From a virus, in IMG/VR virus record IMGVR_UViG_3300020171_000003, positions 16,533 to 80,532 of that record: DNA of 64,000 nt. One strand, given 5' to 3'. Positions 19,005-27,745 of this stretch are shown piece by piece. How positions within the stretch are numbered: the stretch's first letter is position 1; every line of letters begins with the position of its first letter. The notes below the pieces were generated by a model. It saw only the letters and a program-made list of their open reading frames with translations, had not been told where the DNA came from and ran no database searches. The translations under genes and the position numbers were made by a program.

Positions 19005-20574
19005 TAATTACCTTTTAATTCTTTTCTGTATAGTTCTTCTGCCATGTGTGTAAAATTTCTTGAACCAATATCTAATCGTCTTAACAATCTTTTTTGTGCA
19101 TCAATCACCGTGAAAGGACCTAAAGCATACGGTAATCCTGAACATCTTGCAAACAAATAAACAATCTCACCAAATATAATATCTTCCCATTTACATTTGT
19201 AAACAGTTTGTTTACCACTTGCTGTTTTTAATTGTAAAGGTAACTTTATTTTATTGGCTCTTTTTCTAAACAGTTCCATATTGTTCTCCCTCCACATTCC
19301 GGACAAAGTGGACATTCCGGACAAGTATTAAATTTACCAAATGACCAACAGTCTTTATAATGGTTAGTTTTAATCAGTTTTATATAACCACACTCTTTAC
19401 ATTTATACTTTTTTTCTTTTGATGGATATGTTGCTGTTATTGTCATTTCTCCTCTCCTTTTTTAGATTTCTCTGAAATATTTGATAATATCTTGCCATTT
19501 GCCTTGAAGTAACGGTTTTTCAAACTCATTTTCTTTTCCCCAAATATAAGCTAATCCTTTTAATGAAGTATGACCAGAAGCCGGCGTTATTGTGTAAATT
19601 ACTTCTCTTGTTTTTAGATCACAAATTCTAAAATCATCATACAGACTACCGTTCATCGGACAATTGTTCTTGAAAAATACATAGGTTTTATCTATGTCAA
19701 ATTTATAAGTTGGAATAATCTGTAATAGTTTATTATAGAGCTTTTCGGTTTTTCCTGCTAAGTGTGTATCTTTACAGAACCAATCATACCATCCAGCATC
19801 ACATTGAGTACCTGTATCTTTAGCATAGTATTTACCAGATAAAAACTCTTTAATCATTTCCCTTGTTGTTTTCTGATTATTCATAATTTTTATCTCCTTT
19901 AAGTAAAATATTTTTTCCAATATTTCTTTGCTGTTTCTATTTCTTTATCCGTTAGTCTTGGAGATACCATACAAAGGGCTTCTCCCATTAACATATCTTC
20001 ATCTTCCTTGGAAAACTCCTTTTCACCACTGCTCATCATTTCTGCTCCTTCTTCTCCCCATATTTGCTGTGCATATTCATAACAAATATCACCATAAAAA
20101 TTCAGAGCAGAAAGGACAATCTTTTCACTATTATCTTTCATTTTTTTCCCTCCTCCATTGACTTTTAATTGATCGAGTATAGTTTTCCAAAATTTCTACA
20201 CTTTGACCTTTATCTACTTTCTTAAATTTATTACCATCAAAGTAAAGAGCCTCTTTTGTATCATAGTTCTTCCACACATATTCTAATGTGAGCATCTTAT
20301 CCCGGAGTATTTTATTCTTGTCTGCATGACCAAATAGATAAGGAACTTGTCCTACTGGATACCATTCTGCTTCATAAAAACAGATTATTGTAGTACCAGT
20401 AGGGCGTGTGAAGTGAAGAAAAGGACGATCAGGATTATCTGCAATGGCAAGATAATCCCATTTATTTAAATCCTGATGATAATGGGTTATGTGCTTCATG
20501 CTTCTTGAATGTAAATCCTGATATACTCTTGATAGTTTGGTTTGCATAATCTTTCTCCTTTGTTTAAAGTTCAT
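19004..20574 (-). CDS. Run of early hypothetical genes (19004, 19246, 19462, 19899, 20131)
   Basis: Packed ORFs; 19246-19446 is a CxxC Zn-ribbon; 19462 gene has a conserved-looking FFKNNCPMNGSLYDDFRICD motif. Confidence 0.55.
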
Positions 20575-20784
20575 TCATTTTTAAATCTGAATTGACAGTA
20601 CAATATACCTCTTATATATGTCAACAGTTATTTTCATGCCCAACAAAAATACTTTTTAAATTTCTGAATCCAAAATTTCTACATGAAATTTCTACATCCG
20701 AATGACTATCCGTTTGACTTTTGTTTTTGCATCTATTATATAATGAAGTAACAGATCATAAAACATAATTTTAAACGAAAGGAT

Positions 20785-21153
20785 ATGCAAATGGACGAAC
20801 GGTTTATACAGCAAGAGTCAAAGAGCATCATTTCTATTTTAGGAGATGAAATTTCATACGAGAAGGCTCTTGACGAAACAACGGTTTCTATAGTTGGTTT
20901 TCAAATTCTTTTAGGTCAAGTATATTCAAAAAAAGTAAAAGAAATTGAAATGGTAGGAGGAACAACAAAAGAAAAGGTTAAAACACTCCTATTTAAATTA
21001 AATGATAAAATTATTGCTAAAATGGAAATAAAAATAAATATTGATTTAAAAACAAAGGTAGTTACCCGAAAACTTGATTACTTTTTAACAGAGGAAACAA
21101 ATGAAGCAACAAAGGATCTTATATCTACTTTAGGAAAAGGAAAGATTAAATAA
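20785..21153 (+). CDS. Hypothetical protein, lone plus-strand gene
   Basis: Own promoter-like TTGACT at 20714 and AAGGA RBS. Confidence 0.55.
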   Translation: MQMDERFIQQESKSIISILGDEISYEKALDETTVSIVGFQILLGQVYSKKVKEIEMVGGTTKEKVKTLLFKLNDKIIAKMEIKINIDLKTKVVTRKLDYFLTEETNEATKDLISTLGKGKIK

Positions 21154-21379
21154 GGAAACAGAGAATACTTTGTTTAAGGAATATTGATTTGTTTTAGATT
21201 CAGGATTTGTTGTCTGTTTCATGCAGATGGTAGCAGAGATAGATATTTGAATAGGTATTTAGTTCAACACCACCGGAGGTATTTCACTTTCCCATATGAA
21301 AAAAGTTCTTTGTAACCTTCTATCGTACCTTCCTACAGGAGTTTCCTTCGATTGTGTTTGACCGTCCTGATGAAATAGA

Positions 21380-21413
21380 AAAACAGATAGATTATTCCTA
21401 ACCTATCTGTTTT
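21380..21413. terminator. Bidirectional hairpin between convergent genes
   Basis: AAAACAGATAG...CTATCTGTTTT. Confidence 0.6.
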
Positions 21414-21427
21414 CCTTTTCCTTTTAT

Positions 21428-21580
21428 TTATAATTCCGAAAGTTTTTCGTCTACCACTTTCCTCAATTCTATTAAATCCTCTTTCTTTAGATCCAATTCA
21501 AAGATCATTTCCTCAAGACTTTCTTTCCAAGTAAAATCCCATTTTGTTTTTTCTATTGCTTGTGTGTCAGTCATGATCAT
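21428..21580 (-). CDS. 50-aa paralogue of the adjacent gene (not in ORF track)
   Basis: MIMTDTQAIEK...VVDEKLSEL; AAGGAG RBS. Confidence 0.65.
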   Translation of the reverse strand: MIMTDTQAIEKTKWDFTWKESLEEMIFELDLKKEDLIELRKVVDEKLSEL

Positions 21581-21591
21581 TCTCCTTTTAT

Positions 21592-21924
21592 TTATAATTC
21601 CGAAAGTTTTTCGTCTACCGCATCCTTAAATGATGCAAGATCATCCTTATCCATTTTTAGTTTTTTAATTAATACTTCTGTAATTTCTTTCCAATTAATT
21701 TGTTCTTTGACAAGGCTTTCCTTTTCCTTAAAGTTATGAATATACTTCCTTGCTTCATCACATTCCTCTTCAGTTGTTTCCTTATATAAATTTCTATACC
21801 TTACTCCTTCAACATATCCGGCATACCATGCTGTATAGATAACCTCTTGTGTTATTTTTTCCTTTTCATCAACTTCTAATCCTTCTTTAATATCTTCTAA
21901 CAATTTTTTGTCAGTCATAATCAT
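21592..21924 (-). CDS. Hypothetical protein
   Basis: MIMTD...AVDEKLSEL; promoter TTGACA-18-TATAGT at 21972-22001. Confidence 0.65.
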   Translation of the reverse strand: MIMTDKKLLEDIKEGLEVDEKEKITQEVIYTAWYAGYVEGVRYRNLYKETTEEECDEARKYIHNFKEKESLVKEQINWKEITEVLIKKLKMDKDDLASFKDAVDEKLSEL

Positions 21925-21971
21925 TCTCCCTTTTTCTATTTATTAAACTATTAATATAATTGAACAAATTG

Positions 21972-22186
21972 ACTATACAATAATCCTAATAGTACTGTCA
22001 AGCGAAAAAAAGACTATTTTACAGATAACCTCACTAAAACCGACTCTCTACAATCGAGGAGAATCGACGGTCGTTGATCAAGACATAGCAAGACAAGCGT
22101 TCATATATAGATAAAAGAGTGACCAAAAATAACTTAAAATTACCTTAAAATATATCTTGACAAGTGTATGAGGTATAGTGTATAGT
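21972..22186. promoter_or_regulatory. Divergent sigma70-like promoter pair flanking copy 2 of the 37-bp repeat
   Basis: TTGACA-18-TATAGT on both strands (21972-22001 minus; 22157-22186 plus). Confidence 0.8.
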
Positions 22187-22223
22187 CAAAATAAAACAGT
22201 AAATCAAACAAAGGAGAAGCAGA

Positions 22224-23010
22224 ATGGTAATCGTAAAAAACATTGAAACAGGCAAAGTGACACGTTGTGCCGGGGTTTACAGAAATTCGCAAGGTTACAT
22301 GATTGATGTTTTAAACACACACGAATATCCAGAAATCTTTAAGAAATCCGGAGATGTTTTCAAAGAACTGTTTCAAGAACAGTTCATGCCAAGATTTTTG
22401 TCAAGTAACTACAAAGTGATTGCGGTGTAAAGGAGAATTAAAATGGAACATTGGACAGAGTATAGAGCAGAGGAAATTGACAGTAATGATTTATCATTAT
22501 ATTTTACTTGTTCTCGTAGATTGTGGAAAGCTTTGCTGAAAAACAGATTTGTTGGTTATCAAAAATTTTATAAAGGAGAATGAAATGAATAAGGCAGAAA
22601 AATTAGTAAAAAGGATCGCGGAAGAAAACAAAAATTTAAATAGAGGAGAAATTATGCATCAAGTATATGATGCGGTACAAAAAAAGATAGGCAAAACAGA
22701 AGATGGATTTTATCACTATCCTCCGGAGTATGACAAAGCACTTCGGGAATTGGAATATAAATTAGGATTCTAAAAAAGGAGAAGAATAATGGAAAATCAA
22801 GAAATAATTGACAGGATTGTGTTTGCATACAAAATGGAAGAAGGGTCAGATTTAGAGCATGAAGGTTTTGTCTTCAAGGAAGAAGAGTTCAAAAATTTCT
22901 TTCAAGGATTTCTTGTTGCTCATGAGGAAATGGGTTCTATTACAGCAGATCAGTATAAGGAATTGACGGATTTTGTCAAGGAAGCAAAATACAAAGTGAT
23001 TTCGGTGTAA
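22224..23010 (+). CDS. Small early hypothetical genes (22224-22430, ~22585-22773, 22789-23010)
   Basis: AAGGAG RBS before each. Confidence 0.6.
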
Positions 23011-23016
23011 AGGAGA

Positions 23017-23655
23017 ATGAAAATGGAATTAGAAAACAATTATTGGGTGGACAGTAATAACAATAGCTGGAATAAAAGTTTATACTCAAAAGAAGAGGCA
23101 GAGAAATATAGCAATACTTTACGGAATTGTCGGTATTGTCAGGGTTGTCAGGATTGTCAGGATTGTCAGGATTGTCAGAATTGTCAGGGTTGTCAGGATT
23201 GTCGGAATTGTCGGTATTGTCTGGATTGTCAGAATTGTCAGGGTTGTCAGGATTGTCTGGATTGTCAGAATTGTCAGGGTTGTCAGGATTGTCGGAATTG
23301 TCAGGATTGTCGGAATTGTCTGGATTGTCAGAATTGTCAGGATTGTCAGGATTGTCAGGATTGTCAGAATTGTCAGGGTTGTCAGGATTGTCGGTATTGT
23401 CAGGGTTGTCAGGATTGTCAGAACTTTAAAACAAATCCCCAAAGGATCTTTTCAGAAAAACAAGGCTCCCGAAAAGATCAAACAGAAATTTATTGGGACG
23501 ATTTACACACACAAGTTAATTGCGGATGTTTTCATGGAAACTTAGCGGAATTTGAAAACAGAGTTATTGAGGTTCATGGGGATAATAAATTTGGAATAGA
23601 GTATTTAGCATGGATTAAACGAGTAAAACTATATATTGGAATTAAAAATTTCTGA
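23017..23655 (+). CDS. (Cys-x-x)33 repeat protein with conserved C-terminal GSR...CGCF domain
   Basis: 33 tandem 9-bp units at 23128-23424; C-terminus resembles that of phage repeat-solenoid proteins. Confidence 0.8.
   Translation: MKMELENNYWVDSNNNSWNKSLYSKEEAEKYSNTLRNCRYCQGCQDCQDCQDCQNCQGCQDCRNCRYCLDCQNCQGCQDCLDCQNCQGCQDCRNCQDCRNCLDCQNCQDCQDCQDCQNCQGCQDCRYCQGCQDCQNFKTNPQRIFSEKQGSRKDQTEIYWDDLHTQVNCGCFHGNLAEFENRVIEVHGDNKFGIEYLAWIKRVKLYIGIKNF
23128..23424 (+). repeat. 9-bp tandem repeat TGTCNGNNT x33
   Basis: Read directly; last unit ends AAC. Confidence 0.97.
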
Positions 23656-23776
23656 ATTGAAAATTTCTACATGGAATTTCTACAAAGAAGGGAGGTGATA
23701 AGTAAACAGATACAAAAGGAATAAAAACTTAAAATAAGATCAATCATAAACTGAAAATAAAGAAGGGATAATAAAC

Positions 23777-24121
23777 ATGAAAAGGACAGAAATAGAATAT
23801 GTGAAGAAAAATGACGGTAAGATCTATGTAGTAGGTTTTAAGAATGTTGCCACAAGGAAGGATTTGTTTTTAGAAGTTGGTTTAGCAATATATAATGAGT
23901 ATATAAATTCAGGTGAGTATTATTTTTTAAGTGGCTCGGATAAAGATCAAATAATAGTAAGACATCCTCATTCCTGTTATCTGTATTTTATTTATAAGGA
24001 TTGTTCTTATGAACCAAAGGAATTTTATAATAGAATACAATGGATAAAGAATGCAGGTGAGAATCTAAAGAAGATAAAGGATAACATTGCTAATAGAAAG
24101 GTTCAGACAATCATTATCTAA
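23777..24121 (+). CDS. Hypothetical protein
   Basis: RBS; followed by hairpin terminator 24148-24188. Confidence 0.6.
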   Translation: MKRTEIEYVKKNDGKIYVVGFKNVATRKDLFLEVGLAIYNEYINSGEYYFLSGSDKDQIIVRHPHSCYLYFIYKDCSYEPKEFYNRIQWIKNAGENLKKIKDNIANRKVQTIII

Positions 24122-24331
24122 ACCAAGCAATAAACAGAGAAAAGAACAAGGAATTAAATAATAACCAAAATTAATTCCTTTTCTTTTTCATATTTTAAAC
24201 CATTTATTAGAATTCCATAACCTGGTTAAGAAAATTAATATAGGAATATTACAAAAACACCGGAGGTATTTCACTTTCCCATATGACCAAAACTACTTCC
24301 TGATCCTCATTATCGAATAGTATTTAAACAT

Positions 24332-24602
24332 TGAATAAGCTTCAGTTAATGAATACCATTCAGAAAATGAATAAGCCTCAGAAAATGAATAAGCCTCAGA
24401 AAATGAATACCATTCAGAAAATGAATAATCCTCGAAAATATTCAGAAAATAAATACCGTTCATTTAATTATCACCATTCAGAAAATGAATTGCCTTTAGT
24501 AAACACCATTTATTCATTAAATATCATAAATATAATAAATGAACTTCATTCATTAAATAAGCCAAAGATAATGAATGACATTCAACTAATGAATATCATT
24601 CA
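24332..24602. repeat. 18-bp-period repeats and TGAAT-N3-ATTCA palindromes
   Basis: CAGAAAATGAATAAGCCT-type units; perfect palindromes at 24350, 24404, 24572, 24590. Confidence 0.85.
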
Positions 24603-24611
24603 TTTTTACTT

Positions 24612-24686
24612 CTACATGCAAAAAACTATAATCATTTCCAGATATAAAATAGAAGTGATTAAAACAGCATAAAAAAACATTTTCAT
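24612..24686 (-). CDS. 24-aa hydrophobic peptide (not in ORF track)
   Basis: MKMFFYAVLITSILYLEMIIVFCM; same AGAAAGTGAGA leader as the upstream gene. Confidence 0.45.
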   Translation of the reverse strand: MKMFFYAVLITSILYLEMIIVFCM

Positions 24687-24707
24687 AGTATCTCACTTTC
24701 TGTTTGA

Positions 24708-25356
24708 AGTTTATTTTTAAATAGTCTCTTGCTTGATAATTAATAAAAACAATTTACTTACTTTCATTCACTTTCAATGCTGTAAAATAATCATTGAATT
24801 TCTTTTCATGTTCTGTTCTCAGAACAACAAACACTTTTTTATTTTCTTTCAAGACTCGCATTTTGTGTGACTGTTTGCTTTTGAGATAAGACAAATGTGA
24901 ATTGACACGACTTTCTTTTGTAGCAGCTTTTTCTGCTATTTCTTTTATTGTCAAACGACTGAAAAGCAAGCAATCATTGATAACATGTGCATTGCTCGTC
25001 AAGCTGTTATCAAAAAAATCAATCTCACGACTTGACGTTTTTGACGCTTTTTCTTTTACTTTTTCAGCTTGCTTAATATCGAAAAAATACTTACATGCTG
25101 TTTTCATTTCAATGTTATCGCACGTTGAACATTGACTATCTTTTTCATCAAAAAAAGAAAATGCTTTACAATAATTTATAGCATTTTCAAACGTAAAATC
25201 TTGAACGTCTGTTACTTTTTCAACGTCTTTTTCAACTTCAATATTCTTATCTTTATTCTTATCTTTTTTTGCTATATTTTTTGGATTCATAATAGTCTCA
25301 CTTTCTATGCTGTTAAGCACGTTTAAATGAAGCAAGAGACTATTTAAAAATAAACT
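24708..25356. repeat. Perfect 27-bp inverted repeats (24708-24734 and 25330-25356) flanking one gene
   Basis: AGTTTATTTTTAAATAGTCTCTTGCTT and its exact reverse complement. Confidence 0.92.
24754..25290 (-). CDS. Zn-binding/winged-HTH protein with no Gly or Trp
   Basis: Start MNPKNIAKK at ATG 25290; C..CSTC..C; LTIKEIAEKAATKESRVNSHLSYL. Confidence 0.75.
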   Translation of the reverse strand: MNPKNIAKKDKNKDKNIEVEKDVEKVTDVQDFTFENAINYCKAFSFFDEKDSQCSTCDNIEMKTACKYFFDIKQAEKVKEKASKTSSREIDFFDNSLTSNAHVINDCLLFSRLTIKEIAEKAATKESRVNSHLSYLKSKQSHKMRVLKENKKVFVVLRTEHEKKFNDYFTALKVNESK

Positions 25357-26175
25357 GATATGTCAAAGAACAAATTTTCTAACAAGAGTCAAAAGCAGCT
25401 AATTTCTGTTTTGTTGCTTTTTTCATCATGTTAGTAATCTAAAAGATCATATAAATAACTTGATTACAGAACTATCATACTTTTATCAACAGAGTCAAGA
25501 CTTTTTTTTAATTAATATCACTTTTTTTTTAATTAATATCATTTTTCTGCATTCACTCAATGAATACAAGCTTAATCAATCAAATAACACTAAAAAAATG
25601 TAATAAAATCAATAACAACTTATTCAGATGAACGACATGACACGATAATCACATAGTCAATACTAACACAAGCATAATTTCTATGCCCGAAATAACTATC
25701 TATAATCATAGTACTATTAATCATACGTTTATCAATCATTCTCATATATCGTCAATTCTCGTTCATTAAAATATAATTAATAATAATAAACTAAATAAAA
25801 CAAATTAATAAACTATTAATCAATCATTGAATATAATTCATTCTATTACTCATTCATTATTACTTAACTCATTCTATATTGCTTCATGCATTGTCTAACA
25901 CTCTGTTCATTTATTAATTGAATGATATTCATTATTGCTTTCTACATAGATTAATACTTTCTATATTATCTGAATGTCATTCATTTGTTCGTGCGGTTTA
26001 CGGGCGGTAGGATAAGAGAAGGTGAGTTGGTAGTGGAGCGCGGATAGTAATATGATATGACTATCATGTATCATGACTATCATGCATCATCTGATTGACT
26101 CATTCAATCAGTTGTCTCAGGTTGTTATACGAGACGGTATTGTCTCAATATGATACAGTTTTTTTTATCTAATAA

Positions 26176-26188
26176 TATCAATAGGTTA
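26176..26188 (+). promoter_or_regulatory. IHF consensus site
   Basis: TATCAA-TAGG-TTA matches WATCAANNNNTTR. Confidence 0.5.
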
Positions 26189-26195
26189 TGAAAGT

Positions 26196-26223
26196 AGTTT
26201 ACATAATACTCGTTATCAGACGT
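26196..26223 (-). other. dif-like XerCD recombination site
   Basis: Minus strand ACGTCTGATAA-CGAGTA-TTATGTAAACT, 11-6-11 architecture with a XerD-type arm. Confidence 0.65.
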
Positions 26224-26620
26224 ACAAAAAAACAGTCAAAACCCCCCTGGTTTCATCTCAAAAAGTTCGGAAAATAGTGATTTGGGGACCACGCCGAAAT
26301 ATTTATACCAGATGCAAAAGTGAAGCATAGCCGTGACGAATAGCAGCAGACCATTATCATTTTAAAACGAATCCTGTTAAACCATTAATTAAAAATAACG
26401 AATATAGAAAAACAGGGATTTAATAAAAGGAAACCTGAAAAAATGCAATCCGGATGAGTAAAAGTGAAGCATAGACCATCCAAACATGAAAAACCATGAA
26501 AACAATTCAAAAACACAAAGTTTCCTATGCTCTGAGTCTTTTTTACATGCCAACCGAAACTATTTCTTGACATTTATAGATGAATATCATAGAATAATAG
26601 ATATGAAAGGAGTACAAAAG

Positions 26621-27226
26621 ATGGCAATAAAAGCAATGCAAAGCGTAACCAGAGTACCAACCACATACGATTCACTCATATCCGGATTAGCCGTGAATGA
26701 AGAAAAGCAATCCGTAGTCCGTCCGTTATACACTTGGGATTACGTCCAAGAATGCACGGAACGCTGTCCGGCTTATGAAGGAACCACATGTCATTTCAAT
26801 AAGGATGTCCGGACGAATAAGCGGTGTAAGGTGATGGACATGTATTTGAAAGGTGTAGCGGATACGGTGATGTTAGCATACCCGAAGGATGAGATAATTG
26901 ACCCAAGAACATTGTGGAGAGTCGGAATGCATCTCATGCCGTTGTACCAGATGTTAGGACGGATGAAGATAGAGGAGGCCACGTTTCATACTGTTATATT
27001 TACGGATGATAAAGGCCGAAGGAAAGCCAACCCAATATATAAGGAGATACGGGAGACATTGAAACAGATTGAAAGTGCTTGGAGGGACTTGAATCTCGGA
27101 GGAAGTTTGGGGGAAGGTTATCTGGACTTCGGAGATAAGAGTCCGTCGGGCAGAGGTGCTAATTTAACTGATCCGGATGATTATTATACCCGGATGCAGA
27201 AAGGCGGGAGGCAGGTGAAGACATGA
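26621..27226 (+). CDS. terS: Probable terminase small subunit
   Basis: KANPIYKEIRETLKQIESAWRDLNL (P27-like NP motif); first gene of the late arm; AGGAG RBS before ATG 26621. Confidence 0.6.
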   Translation: MAIKAMQSVTRVPTTYDSLISGLAVNEEKQSVVRPLYTWDYVQECTERCPAYEGTTCHFNKDVRTNKRCKVMDMYLKGVADTVMLAYPKDEIIDPRTLWRVGMHLMPLYQMLGRMKIEEATFHTVIFTDDKGRRKANPIYKEIRETLKQIESAWRDLNLGGSLGEGYLDFGDKSPSGRGANLTDPDDYYTRMQKGGRQVKT

Positions 27227-27741
27227 GAAATCCTTGTTTGAAGTGTAAACGGCATTTGAAGGGTTTGGATAAGAATGGACCGGAGTGTACGGAGTGTTTG
27301 CTTCGGCTTCAATATGCCCATAGTATTGAAGTGAAGGATGAGGATGAGACCCTTCAAGTACGGAATTGGAGAAAGTGTAAGGTGTGCGGTACGGAAAAGA
27401 TATTGGAAGAGGAATATAATCGGAAGGGTAGAAAGAAAGGTGAGTATGTTGACACCTGTAAGGAGTGTATGGGTGAATCAATTATGCGGGCACGGGAAGA
27501 AAAAGCCGTAGCGAAGGTTACTATTATGATTAAGGATAAAGGACTGCATACATGGTTGAAAGAAAGAGCGGGTAAGGAATTCCGAACAGTAGAGAACCAG
27601 ATATTGTTCTTTCTTACTATGGTGAAGGACTTAGAGAATACGACCGTGATTGAAAAGAAAACTTTGTTTGAAGACGGACGGAAGCCCCAGCCTGTGTATA
27701 GAAGTTTTGACGAGATTGGTAAAATAGATAAGGAGGAGTAG
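27223..27741 (+). CDS. Zn-finger protein with Arc-like C-terminal segment
   Basis: Four CxxC pairs; LHTWLKERAGKEFRTVENQILFFL. Confidence 0.55.
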   Translation: MRNPCLKCKRHLKGLDKNGPECTECLLRLQYAHSIEVKDEDETLQVRNWRKCKVCGTEKILEEEYNRKGRKKGEYVDTCKECMGESIMRAREEKAVAKVTIMIKDKGLHTWLKERAGKEFRTVENQILFFLTMVKDLENTTVIEKKTLFEDGRKPQPVYRSFDEIGKIDKEE

Positions 27742-27745
27742 AAAA

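Noticed and set aside
20658-20696. AATTTCTAC motifs resembling the Cas12a repeat handle
   Set aside because: No complementary GTAGA arm and no repeat-spacer periodicity, so not a CRISPR array
23128-23424. Complete diversity-generating retroelement
   Set aside because: No reverse transcriptase, Avd or template/variable repeat pair is visible; kept only as a weak finding
23119-23442. Alternative-frame ORFs (TIL and LSG repeats) over the 9-bp repeat
   Set aside because: Shadows of a stop-free tandem repeat; only the Cxx frame has an RBS and unique flanking domains
24331-24672. 113-aa plus-strand ORF with QKMN repeats
   Set aside because: TTG start, no RBS; a by-product of the palindromic DNA repeats
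24708-25356. IS element or MITE
   Set aside because: No transposase and no obvious target-site duplication
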